In this document: one piece after another, positions 51,701-59,927 of the stretch | Numbering within the stretch: the first letter of the stretch is position 1 | Layout of the letters: each line of letters starts with the position of its first letter | Assembly: GCA_965223005.1 (NCBI GenBank) | Contig: CBDCVK010000002.1 | Span: 32,001-96,000 of the forward strand | DNA length: 64,000 nucleotides | Direction: 5' to 3' | DNA from: Terriglobia bacterium | Lineage (GTDB): Bacteria; Acidobacteriota; Terriglobia; JAJPHL01; JAPKYU01 | Made by a program: the position numbers and the translations under genes | The notes under the pieces: model-generated | The model's database searches: none | Told to the model about the DNA's origin: nothing | Seen by the model: only the letters and a program-made list of their open reading frames with translations

Positions 51701-52232
51701 CATCACCCTCAGGTCTATACGCGCCGCCCGCAGAGGCGCCCGGCGCCAGGAAAATGAAACTTATCGGCCGCCGGCCGCTGCCCCCAACCTCAATCGGGAG
51801 ATCGGTCAACACGACTTGAGGAAGGACGGTCCCGACCTCGGTGGTCTCGGTTCGCAGTTGTGGCGCCGCCGCCGTCACCTCCACGCTTTCGGCCACCGCG
51901 CCCAGTTCCAGCGTGAAGTCTAAGCCCACCACAGCACCCACATTGACTTCGACACCGTCTGCCACTGCGCGCTTGAAGCCGGTCAGCTCCACCGACACGA
52001 CGTAGGTCCCCGGCACGAGTTGCGCAACGTTGTAAAGGCCGGAGCCGCTCGTCGATGTAGCCGTATCGGCGCCTGTGCCCGTGTTGGTGACTGTGACTGT
52101 GGCTCCGGGGACTGCCGCTCCCGTGGGATCGAGCACCGTTCCCCGAATTATTCCGCGATCGCCCTGGGCCTGCAAGTTCAGCGCGAATGCCAGCACGAAA
52201 ACCAAAACACTGATGGCGAGTTTCTTCGTCAT
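48708..52232 (-). CDS. TonB-dependent receptor with carboxypeptidase-regulatory-like N-domain (Oar-like, acidobacterial type)
   Basis: Signal peptide, G.I.GTV.DPTGAAVPGA.V, TKSGTNELHG, NFAPRLGLAW and C-terminal PRVGQMGLKINF. Confidence 0.93.
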   Translation of the reverse strand: MTKKLAISVLVFVLAFALNLQAQGDRGIIRGTVLDPTGAAVPGATVTVTNTGTGADTATSTSGSGLYNVAQLVPGTYVVSVELTGFKRAVADGVEVNVGAVVGLDFTLELGAVAESVEVTAAAPQLRTETTEVGTVLPQVVLTDLPIEVGGSGRRPISFIFLAPGASAGGAYRPEGDVRSNPGSTFYQRINGGQFGSLEQNLDGLTLHVGPGAMQSTNELSMAPEAVQEASLSSSTASAETNSGGGTAKFVTKSGTNELHGNLYYFWRNDYLDASGFTQPRAPKRRWNEFGLSAGGPVIKDRLFGFVNINWFRRSDEGGSDFLSVPTAAVKSGDLSSLLGAEVAPGIRANQVFDPATTRDDGLGGFTRDPFPGNIIPSDRISQVSKNINAFLAAPTGPGDFNNYLSTSSPKAKNLKWTTRADFRITDRQNFYIMINYHPNPRLSLHAIPFPHGRSTRGGLNEGHFRSAWDIMITPTVTNRLSGGYNRQFESFQVLGHGDGWADRLGFPTRGPQGQAPFTGIHDGAFPHITFSSYAEISGSGGSIDTLTKFFQDLFVFNDTLTVIRGKHNMKIGMDYRNNQTDQFSAPTNGRFAFARTETSHPAFPGQTGFDFGSYLLGDVDRGGLLDPAFTNDLSQARSSILGLFFQDDIKITPTLTMNLGVRWDAFFPMTERNDNWSILDLNLPNPGAGGRPGALIFAGDGAGRTGKSRILGADQVSYTNFAPRLGLAWRVLPNTVVRVGYGLNYFGTLIDQAGNMRRSGLGFEASPTLISPDNGLTAAFNWGAVGFPTYFRPPFIDPAFANGSRAWEFHDTHRKPYRQEWTFNIQHQLPGNWLIDLAYVANKGTRLNSGMFAQNQLNPSFLGLGPLLGRNFTDDAALLAAEGFSPPYAGFTGTLGQSLRPYPQYAIVGTVGDIGGDNFDAVGIGNSTFHSFQAKVERRLTRGLYLLSSFRWQKHLTDSDSNWGAFFSPSARDHYNRQLEKALSPSDLTARFVAGFMYQLPFGPGKLLGGGTTGATAKILGGWQITGIVNYQSGNPLSVLTPNTVGLFTRRALPNVVAGANPVAGSTDNFEIGVTSYLNRSAFEIPEPNTFGNAPSILSNARHFSFYNENVGLIKRTNITESVNIEWRLEFFNILNRVRFGGPGVNVANPDFGQVGGLGLQPRVGQMGLKINF

Positions 52233-52460
52233 GACCTTCTTCTCATCCTCTTTTGGCGTTAAGTTCAAATATTGCTACACCACCTGACCGCGCGAGTATG
52301 GTAGGGGAGCCATGTTTTCACTGTCAAGTGTTTTTTCTTAAGTGTTCTGGAGCCTTCAGTACCACCATCTGGCAATGCCCCGGCGCTCTCACGCACACCG
52401 CTACCAAAGCATTTACTTTAAGTTGCTTAAGTCTACATCAAGACTACTCCTCAGGTCAGG

Positions 52461-54200
52461 CTATCGCCCCAGGACCTTTTCCCGGATCACGAGCGCGCGG
52501 TGGAACAGCGGCTCGGCGTCGCCATATTTACCTTGCTTGCGGTAGATCTCGGCCAAGCCGTCAAGGCTGCTCGCCACGTCGGGATGCTCCGGCCCCAGAG
52601 CCTTCTCCCGGATCGCCAGCGCGCGCTTGAAGATTGGTTCGGCTGCCGCGTAGTTGCCTTGGATGTTATAAAGCTCCGCTAGGTTGTTGAGGCTCCGGGC
52701 CACGTCGGGATGCTCCGGTCCCAGAAGCTTCTCCTGGATCGCCAGCGAGCGTTTCAAGAGCGGTTCGGCTTCGGCGTAGTTACCCTGGACGCGGCAAAGC
52801 TTCGCCAGGTTGTTGAGGCTCGTGGCTACCTTGGGATGTTCCGGTCCCAGAACCTTCTCCTGGATCGCCAGCAAGCGTTTCAAGATTGGTTCGGCCGCGG
52901 CGTAGTTGCCCTGGGAGCGGTAAAACTCCTCCAGATTGTTGAGGCTCTGAGCTATGTCGGGATGCTCCGGCTCCAGAACCTTCTCCCGGATCACCAGCGC
53001 GCGCTTCAAGAGCGGTTCCGCTTCCGGGTGGTTGTCTTGGTTGCGGTAAAGCCGTGCCAGGCTGTTGAGGGTCTGGGCCACGTCGGGATGCTCCCGCCCC
53101 AGAGTCTTCTCCTGGATCGCCAGTAAGCGCTTGTAGAGCGGTTCGGCTGCCGCGTAGTTGCCTTGGCTGACGTGCAGCTCCGCCAAGTTGTTGAGGCTCG
53201 TGGCCACATCGGGATGCTCCGGCCCTAGAACCCTTTCTCGGATCGCCAGCGAGCGCTTGTAGAGCGGTTCGCCAGCGGCGTGGTTGCCCTGGGCGCGGTA
53301 TAGCTCCGCTAGGTTGTTGAGACTCCTGGCCACATCGGGATGTTCCGGCCCCAGAACCTTCTCTTGGATCGCCAGTGAACGCCTGAAGAGCGGTTCGGCT
53401 GCGACGTAGTTGGCCTGAGTGTTGTAAAGCGCCGCCAGGTTGTTGAGACTGGTGGCTACGTTGGGATGCTCCGGTCCCAGAACCTCCTTCTGGATCGCCA
53501 GCGAGCGTTCAAAGAGGGGTTCAGCTGCTGCGTAGTTGTCCTGGGTGTGGTAAAGCACCGCCAGGCTGCTAAGACTCGTGGCTACATCGGGATGCTCCGG
53601 CCCCAGAACCTTCTCCCGGATCGCCAGCGAGCGCTTGAACAGCGATTCGGCTGCGGCGTAGTTGCCCTGGAGGCGGTAAAACTCCGCCAGGTTGTTGAGA
53701 CTCGTGGCTACGCTGGGATGCTGCGGCCCCAGAACCTTCTCCTGGATCGCCAGCGCGCGCTTCAACAGCGGTTCGGCTTCCCCGTACTTGCCCTGGGCAT
53801 GAAACAGCCCCGCCAGGCTGCTAAGACTCCTGGCCACCTCAGGATGCTCCGGCCCCAGAACCTCCTCCCGCATCGCCAGCGAGCGCTTCAACAGCGGTTC
53901 GGCTTCCGCGTACTTGCCCTGGGCGTGATACAGCCCCGCCAGGTTATTCAGGCTCGTGGCCATGCGCGGATCCTCTGGCCGGAAGTCTTCCGCTTCTTTC
54001 AGGGCAGCTTTGAGCTGCTTTTCAGCCTCGGCGTATCGACCTTCCCGATAGGCCTTGGTAGCCGCCTCCATGTAGGTCTCCCAGTCCGGCGCCTGCGCCA
54101 AGGCGAAGTCTCCCGCCAAGGCCCACGCGGCGAGCGACAGCAAACCCACCAGCAACCAACCATTGTCCTTGCCGGCCATTGCGATCACTCTTCTCGTCAT
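52461..54200 (-). CDS. Secreted TPR protein, 42-aa kinesin-light-chain-like repeats (paralog 1, C-terminally shortened)
   Basis: About 13 units of the type GPEHPDVATSLNNLA.LY..QGNYAAAEPL.KR.LAI.EKVL. Ends abruptly at KVLGR*. Confidence 0.92.
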   Translation of the reverse strand: MTRRVIAMAGKDNGWLLVGLLSLAAWALAGDFALAQAPDWETYMEAATKAYREGRYAEAEKQLKAALKEAEDFRPEDPRMATSLNNLAGLYHAQGKYAEAEPLLKRSLAMREEVLGPEHPEVARSLSSLAGLFHAQGKYGEAEPLLKRALAIQEKVLGPQHPSVATSLNNLAEFYRLQGNYAAAESLFKRSLAIREKVLGPEHPDVATSLSSLAVLYHTQDNYAAAEPLFERSLAIQKEVLGPEHPNVATSLNNLAALYNTQANYVAAEPLFRRSLAIQEKVLGPEHPDVARSLNNLAELYRAQGNHAAGEPLYKRSLAIRERVLGPEHPDVATSLNNLAELHVSQGNYAAAEPLYKRLLAIQEKTLGREHPDVAQTLNSLARLYRNQDNHPEAEPLLKRALVIREKVLEPEHPDIAQSLNNLEEFYRSQGNYAAAEPILKRLLAIQEKVLGPEHPKVATSLNNLAKLCRVQGNYAEAEPLLKRSLAIQEKLLGPEHPDVARSLNNLAELYNIQGNYAAAEPIFKRALAIREKALGPEHPDVASSLDGLAEIYRKQGKYGDAEPLFHRALVIREKVLGR

Positions 54201-54253
54201 CGGGCCTTACCTTGGGGAGAAGCCACTTCCAATCTCAATTAAGGACATCCCAG

Positions 54254-57200
54254 TCAATTGGAAGCTGGCTGTGGAGGGGCAGATTCGGTGCGCTCCGGCT
54301 CGCGCACCGTCAGGATCTGGTTGGGCTGGACTCCCTCCAGCCGCTGCACCACTCCGCTGGGCCAGCGGATCTCCAGCAGGCGAATGGTCCGCTCACTCCC
54401 CAGGCCGAAGTGGACGCGCTTGTCGTTGGAGGACATGTAGCTGCCTGCGGTGCTCACAAAGGCGCGCTGCTCGCGTCCGGAGCCCGACACCAGGCGCAGC
54501 GCAGCCCCGATACCCTCCCGGTTGCTGCGCGTGCCCACCGTGTTCACCAGCAGCCAGTGGTTCTCCGGCGGGCTGGCGTTGCGCAGCACCAGCGCCGGAC
54601 CGTCCAGGACACTGACGACGATATCCGGCCGGCCATCGTTGTTCAGGTCGCCGAAAGCCGCGCCACGGGCGGCCACCGGAACCTGGAAGGCCGGGCCCGC
54701 CTGCTGGGATACATCCTCAAAGCGGCCGCCCAGGTTGCGCATCAGCAGCAGCGGCTCCAGGTAGCTCGCGAAGGGCTGCTGCAAGTGGATGTTGTCCATC
54801 ACGTGGCCCTGGGCCACCATCAAGTCCTTCCGGCCGTCATTGTCGAAATCGACGAACTTGGTGCCCCAACCGGAGTGCAACAGCGTGATGCGGGCGACCT
54901 CGGTGGGCCCTGAGGTGTACTCAAACGAGTCGCCATCGTTGCGGAACAGCGCATAGCGCTGGGCAGCCAGAGCATTGACGAAGATGTCGGGCCAGCCGTC
55001 ATTGTCGTAGTCGCCGAAGTCAGTCCCCATCCCGGCAAACGTTTTCCCGTCGTCGTCGTAAGCGAGGCCCAGCGGCAGGGCGGTTTCGGTGAAGGTGCCG
55101 TCGCCGTTGTTGCGGAAAAGCTGCTGGGGGAACGAGTCGTTGGCCACGAAAATATCGGGCCAGCCGTCGCGGTTGAAATCGTGTACCGCCACGCCCAGCC
55201 CTTTTCCGGGCGAGGCTTCCACCCCGGATGGCCCAGACGCATCGGTGAAGGTGCCGTCGCCATTGTTGCGGTAGAGCAGGTGGGAAATGGGCTTGAAATG
55301 GCGGGGGTGACAGTACCCGCGGTAGCCAGGTCTGCGATCCCCGCAGAACGGACTCAACTGGAAGTCCCAGACCACGTAGCGCGTGACGAACAGGTCCAGG
55401 TGGCCATCCCGGTCATAATCAAGGAAGGCGGCGCTGGCCGACCAGCCCCCGCCCTCTACGCCCGCCTGCTTTGTCACGTCGCGAAAGGTGCCGTCGCCGT
55501 TGTTGTGGTACAGGATGTTGTTCCCGTAATTGGTGACGTACAGGTCCGCATGCCCGTCGTTGTCATAGTCGCCCGCCACCGCCCCCATCCCGTAGGAATG
55601 CCCCGCCACGCCCGCTTCCTCCGTGACATCGGTGAAGGTTCCGTCTCCGTCGTTGCGGTACAGCCGGTTCCAATAGCGCGGCTCGGATTTGTCGGGCTGG
55701 CCGCCTTCCGGCATCGGGTCCGCCAGCGCCGCCCCGTTCACCAGGAACAGGTCCAGCAGCCCGTCGGCGTCGAAATCCAGCATCGCCACGCCGCCCACCA
55801 TCGATTCCATCAGGTACTTCTCAGAGGTCTTGCTGTTCGCGGTCTTGAAGTTGACGCCCGAGCGGGCCGTGTCATCCACAAAGGCGATCAGGGGAGCCGT
55901 GGAGGCGGGCCTGGACTGCGGCCCGGCCCTCACCGCCTCCAGAACCTTCTCCCGAGTCGCTCGCAAGCGCTTGAAGAGCAGCTCGGCTGCCGCGTCGTTG
56001 CCTTGGGCACGGTAAAGCCGTGCCAGGCTGTTGAGGGTCTGGGCCGCATCGGGATGCTCCAGCCCCAGGGTTTTCTCCCGGATCGCCAGCAAACGCTTGT
56101 AGAGTGGTTCGGCTGCCGCGTAGTTGCCTTGGATGTGGTAAAGCTCCGCCAGGCTGTTAAGACTCGAGACCGCATCGGGATGCTCCGGCCCCAGGGTTTT
56201 CTCCCGGATCGCCAGCGCGCGCTTGTAGAGCGGTTCGGCTGCCGCGTAATTGCCCGGGCCGCGGTAAATCCCCGCCAGGTTGTTGAGGCTCATGGCCACG
56301 TCGGGATGCTCCGGCCCCAGAGCCTTTTCCTGGATCGCCAGCGCGCGCCTCAAAAAAGGTTCGGCTGCGATGTAGTTGGCCTGGGTGTTGTAAAGCCCCC
56401 CCAGGTTGCTAAGACTCGTGGCTACGCTGGGATGCTCCGGTCCCAGAACCTTCTCCTGGATCGCCAGCGCGCGCTTGTAGAGCGGTTCGGCCGTCGCGTA
56501 GTTGGCCTGGACGCGATAAACCTCCGCCAGGTTATTGAGGCTCGTGGCCACCGCCGGATGCACCGGCCCCAGAACCTTCTCCTGGATCGCCAGCGCGCGC
56601 TTGTAGAGCGGTTCGGCTGCCGCGTAGTTTTGCTGGGCGCGGTAAATCCCCGCCAGGTTGTTGAGGCTCCTTGCCACATCGGGATGCTGCGGCCCCAGAA
56701 CCTCCTCCTGGATCGCCAGCGCGCGCTTGTAGAGCGGTTCGGCTGCGACGTAGTTGGCCTGGGCGTGGTAAAGCGCCGCCAGATTGTTAAGACTCGTGGC
56801 TACGCTGGGATGCTCCGGTCCCAGAACCTTCTCCTGGATCGTCAGCGCGCGCTTGAAGAGCGGTTCGGCTTCGGCGTAGTTGCCCTGGGCGTGGTAAAGC
56901 GCCGCCAGGCTGCTCAGACTCGTGGCCACATTGGGATGCTCTGGTCCCAGAACCTTCTCCCGCATCGCCAGCGAACGCTTGAAGAGCGGTTCGGCTGCCG
57001 CGCGGTTGCCCTGGGCGCGGTAAAGCTCCGCCAGGTTGTTGAGACTGGTGGCTACGTTGGGATGCTCCGGCCCCAGAGCCTTCTCCTGGATCGCCAGCGC
57101 GCGCTTGTAGAGCGGTTCGGCTTCGATGTAGTTGCCCTGGGCGTGATACAGCCCCGCCAAGTTGTTCAGGCTCCTGGCCACCTCCGGATGCACTGGCCCC

Positions 57201-57544
57201 AGAATCTTCTCCCGCATCGCCAGCGAGCGCTTCAAGAGTGGTTCGGCTTCCGCGTACTTGCCCTGGGCATGATACAGCCCCCCTAGGTTGTTCAGGCTCG
57301 TGGCCACGCGCGGATCCTCTGGCCTAAAATTTTCTGCTTCCTTGAGGGCAGCTTTGAGCTGCTTTTCGGCCTCGGCGTAACGACCTTCCCGATAGGCCTT
57401 AGTAGCTGCCTCCATGTAGGTCTCCCAGTCCGGCGCCTGCGCCGAGGCGAAGTCTCCCACGAGGGCCCACACGGCGAGCGACAGCAAACCCACTAGCAAC
57501 CAAGCATTCTCCTTGCCGGCCATTGCGATCACTCTTCTCGTCAT
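54254..57544 (-). CDS. TPR-repeat protein fused to FG-GAP/ASPIC-UnbV (CRTAC1-like) module (paralog 2)
   Basis: About 12 TPR units, then DFDADGLLDL and DYDNDG repeats, YCHP, RGAAFGDLNNDG, HFGLG and IRWPSG. Confidence 0.93.
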   Translation of the reverse strand: MTRRVIAMAGKENAWLLVGLLSLAVWALVGDFASAQAPDWETYMEAATKAYREGRYAEAEKQLKAALKEAENFRPEDPRVATSLNNLGGLYHAQGKYAEAEPLLKRSLAMREKILGPVHPEVARSLNNLAGLYHAQGNYIEAEPLYKRALAIQEKALGPEHPNVATSLNNLAELYRAQGNRAAAEPLFKRSLAMREKVLGPEHPNVATSLSSLAALYHAQGNYAEAEPLFKRALTIQEKVLGPEHPSVATSLNNLAALYHAQANYVAAEPLYKRALAIQEEVLGPQHPDVARSLNNLAGIYRAQQNYAAAEPLYKRALAIQEKVLGPVHPAVATSLNNLAEVYRVQANYATAEPLYKRALAIQEKVLGPEHPSVATSLSNLGGLYNTQANYIAAEPFLRRALAIQEKALGPEHPDVAMSLNNLAGIYRGPGNYAAAEPLYKRALAIREKTLGPEHPDAVSSLNSLAELYHIQGNYAAAEPLYKRLLAIREKTLGLEHPDAAQTLNSLARLYRAQGNDAAAELLFKRLRATREKVLEAVRAGPQSRPASTAPLIAFVDDTARSGVNFKTANSKTSEKYLMESMVGGVAMLDFDADGLLDLFLVNGAALADPMPEGGQPDKSEPRYWNRLYRNDGDGTFTDVTEEAGVAGHSYGMGAVAGDYDNDGHADLYVTNYGNNILYHNNGDGTFRDVTKQAGVEGGGWSASAAFLDYDRDGHLDLFVTRYVVWDFQLSPFCGDRRPGYRGYCHPRHFKPISHLLYRNNGDGTFTDASGPSGVEASPGKGLGVAVHDFNRDGWPDIFVANDSFPQQLFRNNGDGTFTETALPLGLAYDDDGKTFAGMGTDFGDYDNDGWPDIFVNALAAQRYALFRNDGDSFEYTSGPTEVARITLLHSGWGTKFVDFDNDGRKDLMVAQGHVMDNIHLQQPFASYLEPLLLMRNLGGRFEDVSQQAGPAFQVPVAARGAAFGDLNNDGRPDIVVSVLDGPALVLRNASPPENHWLLVNTVGTRSNREGIGAALRLVSGSGREQRAFVSTAGSYMSSNDKRVHFGLGSERTIRLLEIRWPSGVVQRLEGVQPNQILTVREPERTESAPPQPASN

Positions 57545-57701
57545 CGGGCCTTACCTTCGCGGACACACAGCGGACAAGCAAACGAGGACAGATCTCGGAT
57601 CCCTGCGGCGAATCTGCTCCTCAACGCTACTATGGATGAGCTTTTGGCAAAGGACAACAGGCTAGGAAATCATGGCCTCGGAGACCTGCTTTGCAGATAG
57701 C

Positions 57702-59879
57702 CTATTTCTGTTTCATTTCTCGGGGTTGTCTCTTCAGGTTCTCTTCGGCGTGCTTGGCCCGGATGGCCTGGGCGTGGGCCTCGGCCTTTTCTGCCTCGGC
57801 TCTGCGGTTCGTCTTTTCCAAGAGGACTGCGTAATTGTCCAGGATCGTGGCGACTTCTGGATGCGAGGTACCCACCGCCTTTTCGCAGACCGCGAGCGCG
57901 TGCTTGTAGAGTGGCTCCGCGTCCTCATACTTGCCCTGCTCGCGGTAGAGAGTCGCCAAGTTCCTAAGGGTGATGGCGTTATCGGGGTGTTCCGGCCCCA
58001 GGACCTTTTCCCGGATCACGAGCGCGCGGTGGAACAGCGGCTCGGCGTCGCCATATTTACCTTGCTCGCGGTAGATCTCGGCCAAGCCGTCGAGGCTGCT
58101 CGCCACGTCGGGATGCTCCGGTCCCAGAAGCTTCTCCTGGATCGCCAGCGCGCGCTTCAAGAACGGTTCGGCTTCAGCGTAGTCACCCTGGACGCGGTAA
58201 AGCTTCGCCAGGTTGTTGAGGCTCGTGGCTACCTTGGGATGTTCCGTTCCCAGAACCTTCTCCTGGATCGCCAGCAAGCGCTTGTAGAGTGGTTCGGCCG
58301 CGGCGTAGTTGGCCCGAATGTCGTAAAGCTCCGCCAGGTTGTTCAGGCTCGTGGCCACGTCGGGATGCTCGGGCTCCAGAGTCTTCTCCCGGATTGCCAG
58401 CAAGCGTTTGAAAAGCCGTTCGGCTTCCACGTGGTTGTCTTGGCTGCGGTAAAGCCGTGCCAGGTTGTTGAGGGTCTGGGCCGCATCGGGATGCTCCGGC
58501 CCTAAAACCTTCTCCCGGATCGCCAGCAAGCGCTTGTGGAGCGGTTCGGCCGCCGCGTAGTTGCCCTGGCTGTCGTACAGCCCGGCCAAGTTATTGAGGC
58601 TCGTGGCCACCTCGGGATGCTCCGGCCCTAGAACCTTCTCCTGGATCGCCAGCGAGCGCTTGTAGAGCGGTTCGGCTGCGCCGTAGTTGCCCTGGGTGCG
58701 GTAAATCCCCGCCAGGTTGTTGAGGCTCCTGGCCACATCGGGATGCTCCGGCCCCAGAACCTTCTCCTGGATCGCCAGCGCGCGCTTGAAGAGCGATTCG
58801 GCTGCGAGATAGTTCGCCTGGGTGTCATACAGCACCGCCAGGTTGTGAAGACTCGTGGCCACATCAGGATGCTCCGGCCCCAGAGCCTTCTCCTGGATCG
58901 CCAGCGCGCGCTTGAAGAGCGGTTCGGCTGCGGCGAACCTGAGCGGGAACTGATCCGGGTAGTTGCCCTGGAGACGGTAAAGCTCCGCCAGGTTATTGAG
59001 GCTCGTGGCCACATCGGGATGCTGCGGCCCCAGAACCTTCTCCCGGATCGCCAGCGAGCGCTTGAAGAGCGGTTCGGCTTCCGCGTAGTTCTCCAGGGTG
59101 TGATAAAGTCCCGCCAGGTTGTTCAGGCTCGTGGCCACATCGGGATGCTGAGGCCCTAAAACCTTCTCCCGGATCGCCAGCGAACGTTTCGAAAGCGGTT
59201 TGGCTTCGGTGTAGTTGCCCTGGGCGCGGTAAAGCTCCGCCAGGTTATTAAGGCTCATGGCCACATCGGGATGCTCCGGCCCCAGAACCTTCTCCCGCAT
59301 CGCCAGCGAGCGCTTGTAGAGCGGTTCGGCTTCCGCGTAGTTGGCCTGGGTGTCGTAAAGCACCGCCAGGTTGTTCAGGCTTGCGGCTACGCTGGGATGC
59401 TGCGGCCCCAGAGCCTTCTCCTGGATCGTCAGCGCGCGCTTGTAGAGCGGTTCGGCTTCCGCGTACTTGCCCTGGGCGTGATGCAGCCCCGCCAGGTTGT
59501 TCAGGCTCCTGGCCACAACGGGATGTTCCGGCCCCAGAACCTTCTCCCGCATCGCCAGCGAGCGCTTCAACAGCGGTTCGGCTTCCGCGTACTTGCCCTG
59601 GGCATGATACAGCCCCGCCAGGTTGTTCAGGCTCGTGGCCAGGCGCGGATCCGCTGGCGTGAAGACTTCCGCTTCGTTCAGGGCAGCTTTGAGCTGCTTT
59701 TCGGCCTCGGCGTATCGGCCTTCCCGATAGGCCTTGGTTGCTGCCTCCATGTAGGTCTCCCAGTCCGACGCCTGCGCCGAGGCGAAGTCTCCTGCGAAGA
59801 CCAACAAGACGAGCGACAGCAAACCCACCAGCAACCAAGCATTGTCCTTGCCGGCCATTGCGATCACTCTTCTCGTCAT
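57702..59879 (-). CDS. Secreted TPR protein, 42-aa repeats with capping helix (paralog 3)
   Basis: About 16 units plus the NYAVLLEKTNRRAEAEKAEA cap. One repeat has the insertion PDQFPLRF. Confidence 0.93.
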   Translation of the reverse strand: MTRRVIAMAGKDNAWLLVGLLSLVLLVFAGDFASAQASDWETYMEAATKAYREGRYAEAEKQLKAALNEAEVFTPADPRLATSLNNLAGLYHAQGKYAEAEPLLKRSLAMREKVLGPEHPVVARSLNNLAGLHHAQGKYAEAEPLYKRALTIQEKALGPQHPSVAASLNNLAVLYDTQANYAEAEPLYKRSLAMREKVLGPEHPDVAMSLNNLAELYRAQGNYTEAKPLSKRSLAIREKVLGPQHPDVATSLNNLAGLYHTLENYAEAEPLFKRSLAIREKVLGPQHPDVATSLNNLAELYRLQGNYPDQFPLRFAAAEPLFKRALAIQEKALGPEHPDVATSLHNLAVLYDTQANYLAAESLFKRALAIQEKVLGPEHPDVARSLNNLAGIYRTQGNYGAAEPLYKRSLAIQEKVLGPEHPEVATSLNNLAGLYDSQGNYAAAEPLHKRLLAIREKVLGPEHPDAAQTLNNLARLYRSQDNHVEAERLFKRLLAIREKTLEPEHPDVATSLNNLAELYDIRANYAAAEPLYKRLLAIQEKVLGTEHPKVATSLNNLAKLYRVQGDYAEAEPFLKRALAIQEKLLGPEHPDVASSLDGLAEIYREQGKYGDAEPLFHRALVIREKVLGPEHPDNAITLRNLATLYREQGKYEDAEPLYKHALAVCEKAVGTSHPEVATILDNYAVLLEKTNRRAEAEKAEAHAQAIRAKHAEENLKRQPREMKQK

Positions 59880-59927
59880 CGGCCCTATCTTTAGAAGGAC
59901 AAGGAAACGCGGAACGCGGAGGCTCTA

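Noticed and set aside
55181-57286. 701-aa plus-strand ORF and other long antisense ORFs over TPR genes
   Set aside because: These are shadow frames produced by GC-rich repetitive coding sequence on the opposite strand, with no recognisable motifs.
52461-59879. CRISPR array or diversity-generating retroelement behind the periodic repeats
   Set aside because: The periodicity is 126-bp coding repeats with no repeat/spacer alternation. No cas or reverse transcriptase gene and no adenine-specific TR/VR pair is visible.
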